From Neocallimastix sp. 'constans' (taxonomy: Eukaryota), in contig JBODTK010000148.1 of assembly GCA_050613775.1 (NCBI GenBank), positions 1-64,000 of the forward strand: 64,000 nt of DNA, read 5' to 3'. This document shows positions 1-13,924 of the stretch, in pieces (within the stretch, counting starts at the first letter, position 1; each line of letters starts with the position of its first letter). Under the pieces are notes generated by a model. That model made no database searches. It was given only the letters and a program-made list of their open reading frames with translations, and was not told where the DNA came from. Made by a program: the position numbers and the translations under genes.

Positions 1-429
1 AAATAAGATAAAATAAAAAAAAATTTTTTAAATATATTAATGGGTAGTAAATTATTAAATATGATCTAAATTTTAATTAATGAAATATGCAATGCAATGT
101 AATTTTGTTCAAATATATATGTAATAATGAAAAATGAATAAATGTCATATCAAGAAATAAAAAAAAAAAAAAACGTTTTGAAAAAAAATTGAAAAATAGA
201 GAATTTATTGAGAAAATTATAAAAAAAAAAAATAATTGATCTATTTATGAGAAATTACTTATAAAAGAGAAATTTTTATAAGTATTTTTATTAGTTATAT
301 ATATTACTTTTAGTTATACTTTGAAAAATCCTAATAATTCTTACAGAATCCATTTATTATAATTATTAATATTTAAATATTTTTTTTTACTTGTATTTAA
401 CCATTTATACCTTTTAATTTTTTTTTTTT

Positions 430-932
430 AAACTATGAAGAGAATACTCTTCTATTGTTTAATATATTAATAATTAAAAATGTTACCATATTGAAATATT
501 GAATATATTATGAATGAAAAATCCATAATAAATATATTAAAAAAAATACAAAAAAAAAAAGATGTTAAGAAATAATCTATTTAAAATAAAATTATTAAAA
601 ATAAATTTTATAAAAATAAAGTTAGTATATTACAATAAAAGTAAAGTGTAAAACTTTATAAGGTTGTTATGGTATTATGAAGTGAATTAAATTGATTACT
701 CAAAAAAAAAAATTTAATAAATTAAAATAAAGAAGTAACATTTGAAGGGTAGATAAAGTGGGGTCCACTACTAAACTTTCTCTTTCGAACTAAGAGAATA
801 CCGTTATCATGAAATTCAATTTCCATAGATTAGTTGAGTTAAAAACAATATTAGATGAATTTGAAGGATTAGTAATAGGTTTTTCTTTGTTATATCGATT
901 CAATAATTCAATATTGACTTTCTTGGTTGTGA

Positions 933-981
<49 letters not shown>

Positions 982-1892
982 TATCAATTAAAAAGCAACT
1001 CAAGAGAGCTATTAATGACTAGAATAATCTTTGGTAATCTGCTTGACAAAATATATACATAAATATTAGACTCAGAACCCTTTAATAGAACTTCTGTTAA
1101 ATATCATTTTTTTTTATAATATTGAATTGAAGTTCATCTAAGGCTAAATATTTCATCAAGAGGAAACATAAAAAAAAATATTCAATAATTTATTTTTATA
1201 AAAATTTAAAATAAATGAATATGATGAAAATAAAAGAAATTTTTTTATTTAACTTTAAAATAAAAATAAAAAATAAAAATAAAAAAATAAAAATGTAAAA
1301 AAAAAAATAATTGATGAAATCTAAAGAATTTTAATATAATATTTAGAAAAAGTGGATCATTCCAATATCCAATAGATAAGTGGTGATCACTTCTACCATA
1401 ACATGATCAACATTCAGGACAATTATATGTAATTCTATCACTTCTAATATTAATAATGGGTATTGCTACATTTTAAACGTTAAATCCAATGAAATCCTAG
1501 GTTAAGAATAATTTATATACAAGCTAAGATTGAATATATTTTTTGAGCCATAAAAAAAAAAAAAAAAAAAAAAAAGACATTGATTTATCATAATTAGTTC
1601 CTTTAATACCTTATTTTGTTACACGTTGCAATATCTGACCAATACCCTTCAATAGCATCATTAAATTTTATATGATGTTTCTTTTCTTGATTATTTTATA
1701 AAGAGTAGGAAATTCTTTATTCCAAGAATATTTTACGTATATTAGGAATTTAGAGAAGTACTTTGCTTACATTGAACAGAAATCATTAATAGGAATGATA
1801 TAAAGATCTCAAGAAAGAAAATAAATGCTAATAGTAGAATTTCTTTTTTTTTAATTTAATTATTAACAAGATAGAATATACATTAATTTATT

Positions 1893-1929
<37 letters not shown>

Positions 1930-2240
1930 ATTTAAAAGATACCATGTTGTTCATGAGAAAATTGGAAAATAATAAGAATAAAAACTTTTAACTCTAGATT
2001 ACATATTATGTATAACTAGTAGATGTTATAAATCATAGCGGAATGGAATTTCAAGATGAATATAGTATGAAATCTTAGGAAAAAGAGTACATATTAAGAT
2101 AAAAAGTTAAGATATTCGGGAAAAATGAGACTTAATAGAAATCTAACATAGCTATACACTTTTATTCCAAGTGACTGACATTTACTTCTTGTTTGCCCAT
2201 CTAAAGACATAACGAAGAAGTGATTTCGTTTTATTTTTCA
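430..2240 (-). mobile_element. Highly decayed LINE (non-LTR retrotransposon) 3' remnant
   Basis: Minus-strand fragments read KSLLRYVFRWANKK (compare LKKLLKFASKWARNN in the 5.4 kb LINE), a broken NCPECxxC..YWILE zinc-finger-like stretch (~1340-1440), and RESLVVDPTLSTLQML (~735-785), which matches GESLVDTTLSILKML at ~33225-33275. Many stops and poly-T insertions; boundaries approximate. Confidence 0.5.
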
Positions 2241-2482
2241 CTGAAAACAATTAAAAATAATATCATTTTTTAAATAAGTAAATAAATATCCAAAACATTT
2301 TTTATTTTTTTTTTTTTTATTTTTATTTTTTTATTTTTATTTTTTTATTTCCAATACTAACACCATATTTTTTTATCACAATTGTTTCAAATTTGATGAT
2401 GATTTTATAAAAAGATAAAACTTTATTGATTTAATTAAAAAATATTTTAACTTTTTTAATTAATTTATATAAAAATTTAAAA

Positions 2483-2523
<41 letters not shown>

Positions 2524-2822
2524 AAAAATTTGAAATCTTTATATATAATAAATTTTATATTTTATTAAAATATAATAAATATAAATAGACAAGCAAAACT
2601 TTAATAAATATTTGATATTGATTAAATAATTAGAAATGTTTTAATGTATATATAAAAAAATTCAAATAATAATAATAATCTCTGTATCAAATTAAAATAG
2701 AGTTACAATAAAGAATTATTTATATAAATTATATATTCTTTTATACTTTTCAAAATAAATAAATAAATAATAATAATAATTTATATTATAAACTATTATT
2801 TTTATGTATTTTAAATATTTGT

Positions 2823-2867
<45 letters not shown>

Positions 2868-2910
2868 TATCTATTTATATGAAAGTTTTATATAGTTTGG
2901 ATCATTTTCA

Positions 2911-5141
2911 TTTAAATAGAGATATTATTTTATTAGAAAGATCAAAATGTTTGATATATTTTATTTTATTTATAGTATTTGTGGCTTGTTAATAATACAA
3001 ATGAAATTATTTAAAGAATAAAATATGTTATTCAAATAAAATGAGAATAATTTACAAATAATAAAAATAATTAATATAATTATAAGTATATTTAATAAAA
3101 TTAATATTTAAACAGTATATAAGTAAAATGGTGTTGTATTTATAACTGGTTTTTATTTAAATAAAAAAAATTGTTCATATAATACATATATAAAAACGTA
3201 AAAATGAAATTAATTACTTATTATATATTTAATATAATTTTATTAAATAAATATTTTAAAAAAATTTATGGAATTAATATATAAATTGCATAGAAATATT
3301 ACTAAACTTTACCACTAAATATTTTTTATATTATTTTTTAATAAATATTAACTATTTGAAAAACTTTACTCTACCACTAATAATAAAACTCTTATTTAAT
3401 ATTTATATTTTTAATTAATAGATATAAACATTTTGTTTATAAAATATATATTTTATTTTATTAATAAAAAGATTATTAGAATAAAAAAAAGTATATAAGA
3501 ACAAAATATTTTCAAATTTTTGAACTTTAGACTTTTAAAAAAAATTAGAAAAGTTATTTAATTTAAAAAAATTAAATATCTTTGATAATTAACAGTAAGA
3601 AAAAATTTAAAAAGAAAAAAGAAAAACTTCAAGAAAAGAAGAAAGAAAGATAATTTTATTAAGGTACATCTATTGTAAATAAATAATTAAAAGTCTCATC
3701 ATTGGAATCTTTAAAAACCATTGGAAATGAATTAAAATAAGAAGAAGAAAAGAAAAAGTATTAACTACCATGGAATTGGATTCTATTCTACTTTATTTTT
3801 GTTTGAATTTTGCTTTAAGAATAAATCTGGTATTTATTTTTTATATACAAATTTTAAATAAAAATGAAATTTTAGTCAAAGCAAAACCCCTGTCTTGTGT
3901 TAGACAGTTACTGCAATCTTTTTATGCTAATATCTTAATGAATATGGATTTGAAAGCCATGACTTAATTTGGACAGTTTCAGCAATTAAAAAATTTAAAG
4001 TTTTAAAATGCTGTCTAGTGTCAAATCAACAAATATCCATTGATGAGCCTAATGTAATTCGACTATTTTAAATTAAAAAGAAAACAAACTGAAAAAAAAC
4101 TCTTTGAAATTTAGACGAATTCAGCAATCATTTCTTTTTTTAAAAAAATTATTTTATTATTTTTTTTTATTAAAGTTTTGAATTCTTTTCAAAATGAAAG
4201 AAAAAAAAAATAAGTTTCTATTTTAATTCTATTTATATAAAATAAAATGAGAATTAAAAAAATTTATTTATAATTAATAATATAAATATGATTTTAATAA
4301 AAAATAATAATAAAATTATTATTTTATATAGAAATAAATAATAAAACAAGTTAATTAAATAAAAGAATTAGCATTCGTCTAGTATTCAAAAAAACCAAAG
4401 AAAATAAGTTTTTTTTTTTATTTAATTCAATTTTATAAATTAAAAAAATTTATTTCTTAAATTTATAAAATAAAATATATTTATTTTAAGAATAATAGAA
4501 ATAATAATATAAAAAGAAATATAATATGTAAATCAATATTTATTTTTATATATTATTTTTAATATTTTTATTTTAAATATAATATTATAAAATAGTTATT
4601 AATTTAAAATAGAAATTAAAAAATATATAAAAAAAAAAAAATAAAAAATAAAAAATAAAAAATTATTTAAAATATAAAAAAATAATCAAATTAAATAAAG
4701 AATAAATGTAATAAACAAATTCAAAGATAAGTGTGTTTACTTTTTTATTAATTTTTTGTCTTATGTAATAATAAATAAAAATAGCAATTATTTTAATGTC
4801 TTTTTTTTTTTTTTTTTTAAATATAATAATATAAAACAAAGGAAATAAAAAAAGTAAATGAATACAGAATAAGTATATAAATTTTGTACTTTTTTATATT
4901 TAAATATATGAATGAATAAAATATAAAATAAATTTTTTTTTTTTTTTTTGAATTTTAATTAAAAAATTTCTTAATCATTTTAATAAAAAACAAAAACAAA
5001 AACAAAAAAAAATATTATATATTTTAAATAGAGATATTATTTTATTAGAAAGATCAAAATGTTTGATATATTTTATCTTATTTATAGTATTTGTGGCTTG
5101 TTAATAATACAAATGAAATTATTTAAAGAATAAAATATGTT
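2911..5141 (+). repeat. Dispersed non-coding repeat family, copy 1, bounded by a 119-bp direct repeat (2911-3029 and 5023-5141)
   Basis: The two 119-bp blocks are identical except for about one base. Internal sequence (e.g. ACTACCATGGAATTGGATTCTATTC near 3765) recurs as reverse complement in the 54000-57714 region. Confidence 0.8.
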
Positions 5142-5164
5142 TTTATAAAGTCTTGAGTATAATG

Positions 5165-7260
5165 AGAATTGTAATAGTTTTAGTGTCTGTGTACTTCTCG
5201 TTCTTTCTTTGTTAGATCCAAGTAGAGGTGCATAATATGAAACTTGTCCAATAACTATAGCTGAAAATAACATTCTTTTATAAGGAATAGGAATATTAGG
5301 ATTCTTAAGAAATCTTTTTATGAAATAAAGTGCTTTTCTTACTTTATTATTCATTCTCTGTATGATCGGTTTCAATTCTAAATCATTTGAAAATGATACA
5401 CCTAAGTAGGCATAGCAATTTCGTTTTAGGTAACTCTTGACTTAAAAGATAAAAGTAAAAGGTAGGATTACTATTATAAAGAAATCTAGAAACTTCCCCT
5501 CGTACTACTAGACTGACACATTTATTGATACCAAATTGCATTTCATTGTTTCTAGCCCATTTACTGGCAAACTTTAATAATTTCTTAAGTTGGGATCTTG
5601 TTGGAGCACATAACACAATGTCATCTGTAAAAAAGACCTCCACAACAACGTTTATCACCAATTGAGATGCCATATTTATTATAATTATTAAAAATATCAT
5701 TAATGAACAAGTTAAACAAAATTGGTGAGAGGGGACAACCTTGACGAACTCCTTTCTTAATATTAAATGATTCCGAAAATTGTCCATCAACTCTTACACA
5801 AGCCTTGGAAGATAAGTATAAATTTTCAATAAAATTATAGATAGCACTTACCTCTAATACCTAAGTGATGAATCTTCATTAATACATTATATGTGGACAC
5901 TGAATCATAACGCTTTTTTAAGGTCCAAAAAAGCAAGGTAAGTATCCTTATTTTCAAATTTCCGTCTCTGACATATAATTCTTAATGTAATGTAAAGACT
6001 TATACATTCTTCACGATTACGAAATCCATATTGTTCAGGTCTTATAAAACCTTCATCAATTCCATATTTAGAGATACTATTTGCTATGATTTTTGCTATA
6101 ATTTTTAATACATTATTGATAAGAGAGATGTTACGGTAGTTATTACAATCTGATGAATCGCCCATTTTATGAATAAATACTATTAATGCGTTATTCCATG
6201 ATTTTGGGAAATCACCATTCCAAATATGATTGATTAAGGCTTTGAGACATTTAAAGCCAGATGAAATATTACTATTATTATCACTTGATCCTTCTGAATC
6301 ATCTTTACAAGGAATCAAAGCTTTGAAGAATTCCATTGGAATACCATCAGGACCACAAACTTTAAAGTTAGGTGTGGGGAGATTGCTTCGCTACTTTCTT
6401 CATCGCTAATACCTTGGTTAATATCCCATTCTTATTGCCTTGGTCTTCCCAAATTCCTTAGTGCATCAGAATATTTCCAGTAATCTTTAGAAAGACTATG
6501 ACCTGAAGAATCCGATTCTAAGAATTTATAATGAGAATGCCAAGCTTTTAATTTTTTATCTGTAGAAGAAACAAGTACATTATTATTATTATTTTTAACA
6601 GGATGAAAGACTGTGAATGTTTGATTATTTGTTTTTTGCATTCTTTTTAACCCATTTCCATGCTTTCCTACTATCCTTTTTAAGAGCTAACGAACATCCA
6701 ATTTTAATCCAATATAGATATTCTTTTTTCCTAAACTCGTTACATTTTTTATGAATTGATTCACATAGTCTGTTATACGAGTCAACTATTTCAGCAAATT
6801 CATTGGAATCATTTGCAGAAACATAACGCTTAATTTGTTTGTATTTAATATGTTTTACCTTTTGAAGACAATAAATTTTTTGTGACATTCTAAACATCGC
6901 TTTTCTGATTTCTGTTGAAGATGTAATCGATAAATCCTTAGCAATGGAATTAATAGGGTTAATGAACTTTTCAATTATACAATCTATTGAAAGTTCTTCA
7001 TTTCCTATTTCTTCACTAAGAATCTCAAATTTATTGTGATGACATATTTTTTTCTTTTGTTCAAGACATTTACGCCTATCCCATCTTACAAATTTTTTTG
7101 GTAACAAAAATGATTCATCTGTGGTAATTTTCTTGCAATAAACTACGAGAGGTTTATGATCAGATACAGTTGGATAATCAACAAAATAAGCACTTGATAT
7201 TTTATACTTTATAAGAGTAAAGTTGATTCCCCTTGCAGACGATTTATTATACAAAAATCG
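5165..7260 (-). mobile_element. LINE ORF2 remnant (end of AP endonuclease + reverse transcriptase), frameshifted and truncated at both ends
   Basis: Consecutive minus-strand ORFs carry SDHKPL (endonuclease end), GPDGIP, NNYRNISL, EQYGFR, FLDLKKA, the VRQGCPLSP region and FTDDIVL. Confidence 0.92.
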
Positions 7261-7346
7261 AGTACACCCCTGCTCAAGGAAAGAAATATCATAATTTTAT
7301 TTAAAATAATAGATTTGAATGAAATTTATAATTGTTCTTTGTTTTG

Positions 7347-7394
<48 letters not shown>

Positions 7395-8194
7395 TAAATA
7401 TAATATTATTTATATATAAAATATATTATAATTTTTCTTTTAAATTAAAAATTCTGAATTTTAAATTATAATTGATTATTTATATATTAATTATTATATA
7501 TATATATATATATATTTTTAAAAAAAAATAATAAATAAATGAAAATTTTTTTGTACTACATGATTAGAATAAACTATTGATCGAATGGATCATTCATATT
7601 CATTAAATTTTACAATTATATGTATTAAATATAAATTTTACTCTAGATTTATTATTTTAAAATAATAATTTAATAATAAATATTGTTTAAATATTTTTTT
7701 TTTTTTTTTTTAGATTAAGAGAATAACTTTATTTAAATTATAATAATAATAAAATTACATGATTTTAAAGGATTGTTTAAATAAATAAGACATTACCAAT
7801 TAATTATTCATTTAAATAAAACATCAACTAATTAAATATTATCCATTAATAATAAATATCATATTTAATTTGAATAATTATAATATTAGACAATACATTT
7901 CTATTATCTTAATTTAAAGGTCTTTAGAAAGATTTTAATATTTTAAAACACTAATAATTATAATATATATAATAATAAATATAAAAACTGTTTCATTAAT
8001 TTGTTTTAATTATTTATTTGCTTTAATTTTTTTAATTTTTTTTACAAGTTTTTTTTTTTATTTTATTAATTTAGATATGCTTTAATATGATATAATAAAT
8101 TTTATACTATGTTTATTTAATATTCCTTATTTTATAAGCAATATCATATATAAAATTTTAATAAAATCAATTGTTTTATTATAATATAATTTTA

Positions 8195-8226
<32 letters not shown>

Positions 8227-8248
8227 CTTATATATTCACTTTATGAAT

Positions 8249-9237
8249 TTAGTTGTTGGCAAAGTACTTTTCTAAATCCTCACTGCCTCCAATTAATTTA
8301 CCATCAATGAAAACTTGTGGGACAGTAGACTTGTTAGCGACAGCTCTTAAAGTTCTAGAAGTAAGACCATGACGAGCGACAGTAATTTCTTCGTATTTAA
8401 TACCATGTTCTTGTAAAAGTTTCTTAGCCTTAGCACAGTATGGACATCCAACACGAGCAAAAATAGTACAAACCTTTGGTCTTACGGTGTTTGGTGCAAG
8501 GTAATCAAGCATGGTATCAGCATCAGAAACTTCATATGGATCACCTTCTTTAACTGGTTCACAGAAGAACTTCTTAATGACACCATTTTCAACAAACATA
8601 GAGTATCTCCATGAACGCTTACCAAAACCTAAATCCTTTTTATCGACGAGGAAACCAAGCTTTTCAGTAAATTCACCATTACCATCTGGAATGAGTTTAA
8701 CATATTGAATACCTTGATCCTTAGCCCATTCATTCCTATTTTATTATTATTATTTTTTTAATATAATATAATATAAATATTTATTTTTTAATATCTCAAC
8801 CTTCAAAATAATTATTTTAATTTTTATTTTTTTTTTTCTTAATTTTTAACCATATATTCAATGTATTTAATCAATATTTTCATTTTTCAATTTTATATTG
8901 AATTTTAAATTTTTCTAATTCTATAATAAAATAATTTTTTATAATAAAAAATTCTGAAAATATTAAATTATAATACTTACATTACGAAAGTATCATTAAC
9001 AGAGATACAGTAAATATCATCAACTTTAGCAACTTTCTTAATAGTTTCTGCTAATTCTTCATAACGTGGAAGGTGAGAAGATGAACAAGTTGGGGTGAAA
9101 GCACCTGGAAGAGAGAAAACAACAACTCTTCTGTTCTTGAAAACGTCATCAGTAGTAAGCTTTGCCCATTGATTATTAACTCTATGAACCCAAGTAACAC
9201 TTGGAACAGTTTTACCTTCAACGTTTGGGAAATTCAT
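8249..9237 (-). CDS. Hybrid peroxiredoxin-5/glutaredoxin (PGdx-like), 2 exons: 9237-8981 and 8735-8249, 247 aa
   Basis: A GTAAGT...ATAG intron (8980-8736) splits a Met codon and joins [12 protein letters not shown] in frame. Motifs: PGAFTPTCS (peroxidatic Cys), [20 protein letters not shown], then Grx [14 protein letters not shown] and IGGSEDL. Confidence 0.95.
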
Positions 9238-9278
9238 TTTTTATATGTAAAATTATATATAATAACTAATTATTGATT

Positions 9279-9311
<33 letters not shown>

Positions 9312-10214
9312 GAAGATAAAATATAACCTATTTATATATTTTTATCTTTTTTTTTTTATGTTAAAAAAAAATTGTATTATATTTTAATTAATTAATAAAT
9401 GTATTATAAATAAAATAAATAAAAATCAAAAAAATAAATTAAATAAATAGTAATATATTATATATTATAATATATATCTTTATATCAATTATACAATTAG
9501 ACAACTTTTTATACATTTAATATCAATTCATTATAATTTAAAATATTATTCAGAATTAATTATATTAATGTATTAGAAATAAGATTTAATTATTTTAAGC
9601 GTAATTCCTTTTTTTTTTTAATTAATTATCATAAAAATTAAAAAAAAAAAAGTTGTAATAGTTAATATACATAAAATTATTAATTATAAGTACTTTTCAT
9701 ATATTAAAATATATTAGAATATTAAAAATTTAACTTTTTTTATTATTTAAAACTCTAAATGTATAAATTATTTTTAATAAATTGTATATATTAATTATTT
9801 TTATTAATTTCTTTTATATTATATAGCTAATCATTAATTGTAAATATATATATATTTTAAAATACAATTAATTATATTAATTCATTATTTAGTATATTTT
9901 ATAGAAGATAAACACTTTTATAACAGAGAGTAAATAATAAATAATAAATAATAAATATTAAATATGAAATATGAATTTATAAACACTTGAAAAATAACAT
10001 ATTACTACTTTTAATATTATATTACATCTACCATAAAAAAAGTTATATTAAAAAAAGTTTAAAAATAATTAAAATAAGTAATTAATAATCATTTATAATA
10101 TTTTATAACTTTTTTTTTTAGTTAAAAAGCCATTTAGAAATAAATTGAAAAACCTATAGTTTTTAAATAATTTCTTACAAGTATATATAATAATAAAAGA
10201 TTATTAATTATTGC

Positions 10215-10510
10215 AATTATTTTATTTTATTTTATTTTATTTAATCTGTACTTTGCATTAATATTCTACTATTTATTTTATTTTATTTTATTCTATTTTA
10301 TTTTATTTTATTTTATTTTATTTTATTTTATTTTATTTTATTTTATTTTATATTATTTTATTTTATTTTATTTTATTTTATTTTATTTAATCTGTACTTT
10401 GCATTAATATTCTACTATTTATTTTATTTTATTTTATTCTATTTTATTTTATTTTATTTTATTTTATTCTATTTTATTTTATTTTATTTTATTTTATTTT
10501 ATTTTATTTT
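10215..10510. repeat. (TTTTA)n microsatellite containing a tandemly duplicated ~146-bp unit
   Basis: TTAATCTGTACTTTGCATTAATATTCTACTATTT occurs at ~10241 and ~10387 within TTTTA runs. Confidence 0.85.
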
Positions 10511-10570
10511 GTTTATATGAGTAATATCATTTACAATTATTTAAAAAAAGTATTATTGTTATTTTAAACA

Positions 10571-10621
<51 letters not shown>

Positions 10622-11750
10622 ATAAAAATGTTTATTTTACGGGGAAATTATAAAATATATATATATATATAATAAAATATTTATTTTTTGAATTTTTATA
10701 GAAATTTGTTATAAAAGAAATTTTTAAAAAGTAAAAAATCTATATCATTATTCAGATAGTTAATAAGAAATAAGGAAACATACCAAAAGATAAAATATTA
10801 TTATTTTGATTTGTTTTTAATTATATTCATTTTTATTTTTATATATAAAATAACATTTTAAAAATTTTTTAAAATTTATTATATTATCATTTTGAATAAT
10901 TTAATAAAATAAATATCTTTTTGTATATTTTCCTTCTATTTTAAATTTTTTAATCATTAAGCAATTATAGAAAAGGATATAAAACAAAACATAAACACGT
11001 TTTTTAATTCATTCCATTCAATATAATAAATTTAAAAAATTTAAATATATATGTATAAATGTATAACATAATTATGGTGTAATTGTTATTAAATAAAAAA
11101 AAAGTGTTAAAATACTTAGCCTTTTTCTTTCTTTTTTAATTTTTTTCTTTAGTAATCAATTATTAATAATTATAGGCAAAACGATACTTGCATTTTTTTA
11201 TTAAAGATTAAAAAATATTTTGTAATAATACATATAATAATAATTATGTTTTTATTTTTTTTCTTTTTTTTTTTTTAAATATATAAATATATTTAAATTC
11301 TAAAATTATTTATTTTTTTTATTCATTCATATTATAATATATTTAAATTATTAGATTATTTATATAAATATATATTAATATATATTCATAATATATTTAT
11401 ATACTATACAAGTTATATATATAATTTATATGTCATAAATATATGAAATTAAAATATTTTTAGTAATTTTTATAATCACTGTACATATTTTTTTAAAATG
11501 ATGAATTATGGTAAATATTTATTATTACATTAAATTTTAAAATTTATTGGCTAGTATGACTAATACATTATTACTTTAATTAATTTCTAAAGATTTGTGG
11601 TATCTATCATGGCTATAGTTTTTTTTTTGTTTTTCTAATAGGAATTAATTCCTTTTTTTTTTTTTATTTATGTATTTATAATAAATTAAAAAAAATATTT
11701 ATTTTTTCAAAAATAATATATATTACAATTATTACAATATAACAAGAGAA

Positions 11751-11926
11751 TGTTAGAGAAAAAAAAAAGATTTAGGAAAAAAATCCTATGTAAAATTAAT
11801 ATTAATAATGAAAATAAATATATTAGGAAAGAGAAATATATTTATTAATATTTAAGCCACATTGTAAAAGTGTAAAAACAATAAAGTTGATATAATTATT
11901 AAACTCATATTTAACGACTCTTAACA
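11751..11926 (+). mobile_element. Solo/3' LTR related to the 39.2-41.1 kb element
   Basis: Begins TGTTAGAG and ends GACTCTTAACA; shares AAGCCACA and AATAAAGTTGATATAATTAT with the LTRs at 39207 and 40899. Confidence 0.65.
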
Positions 11927-12018
11927 TATATAATAAAAATAAATTATATACATAAATTGTTTAATAATATTTTTATTTATTTATTTATTTATTTAGTATT
12001 TAGTATTTGTTAAATTGC

Positions 12019-12078
<60 letters not shown>

Positions 12079-12167
12079 AAATAAGAATATATAATGTTAT
12101 TTTTTAAATTATTATATATTAATAATAAAAATAATAATAAAGAAAATTAATAATTAATAACTATAAC

Positions 12168-12198
<31 letters not shown>

Positions 12199-12427
12199 GT
12201 TTTTTTTTTTTTTGTTTTGTTTTGTTTTGTTCTTGTTCTGTTTTGTTTTAAAATTTAAATATAAACTTGATATACAAATTGAGATTTAAAATTTATATAA
12301 ACATTATTAACAAAAAAGATATATTTTATATATATAATTTTTTTATGTACATTAATTTTAATTTTTTCGATAGATATTATAAATTAGGGTATAATTAAAA
12401 AAAAATTATTATTTTTCTTAAAAAAAA

Positions 12428-13893
12428 TTATCCATTTTTTTTACTTTCTTCACTTGGTAATAAACTAATTAATGAATTAATGGATTCATCTTCTATATTA
12501 AATAACATTACTAGCTTAGTACCAATGAATATTAAATTTATATAAATAGTAATTACTAAAATCAAAACCAGTACAATAAAGTATGGTAGAGTTTTTTCCA
12601 GAGTATTTGTTACAGCTAAATGATATGCTGATAACTATATATATATTTTTTTATTAGAATGTTTAATGAAAATGAAAATGAATAAATTATTTAAATACAG
12701 ATTTATATAAATCAACATATAATAAATATTTTATATATTATAATATTTAATTTACCAATAAAGCAGTTAATAATGAGGTAAAAAAGATCTTTTTTGACTT
12801 TATGATTAATATATAATTTTCAGAAATAAAAAAAAAAGTATATTTATATATATTTATTAATAATAAAATTATTATTAAAATATTATATAAATTTTAAATA
12901 TAATTAAAGGTTATTAAGAATTTACATAATTAAATTCAGAAGGTACTTTTTTTTTTTTAATATACATATATAATTAAGATGTTTATATATATAGAGAAAT
13001 ATATTTATAAAAGATTATATGAAATATAATTTAATATTTTTGATTATATAAAGTAAATTAAAAATTAAAAAAATGACTATATTATTAAAAAAAAAAAAAA
13101 AAAAGTATATTTCAATAAAAATATAAATATTATATATTGAATTATTTATTTATTACTATTTCTTCCCCGATAAGACATTATTATTGATATTACTAATAAA
13201 GTATAATCAATAAGAAAGATTAATGTTAAAATATTTTCATTTCCGATAGAACATGTATTATACTTGTAACTTCCAACATTCTTTATATAACTTTCTTTTT
13301 CTGTTACACCATCATGTTTAAATGTCCACCAAGTTAATAAAATTAGTTGGAATATGAATATGAAAACGTATAAAAGATAAGTTCTCATTTTATAGTTAGA
13401 TTGTGTTAATTTTTTGTTATTATATATAGATATAATAATTTCTGATTTAATGGAATATGAAGAAATTAAACCAGTTATCTATAAATTTGTTTGTAAAATT
13501 GAAAATGATTTAATTTATTTTTTTTTTTAAAAAAAAAAAAAAAATAAAAAATTAATTTGTATTAATTACAAAAATTTATGTTTAATTATAATCTATATAT
13601 TATAAAATTTATATTATATTATATATTGTATTTTATATATTTTTTGATTTATTTACTCCAATAATCATCGTCCATATTTTTAAGATGCATTTATATTTTA
13701 CAGCTGATCCAACCCAAAAATATACAGATATATCTAAAATCAGACTAGATAAAATTAAAAATAATAAAAATTCAAAACCTGATAACATAATACATTTTTC
13801 ATTTTTAAATCTTTTTATATATATATATATATATCAATAACAAAATTATTAAAAAATATGTTAAAATTTATTATGAATACTTAATTTGATTCA

Positions 13894-13924
<31 letters not shown>

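Noticed and set aside
3770..3967. 65-aa ORF in the repeat core
   Set aside because: No recognisable motif, and it lies in a non-coding repeat whose other copies show indels.
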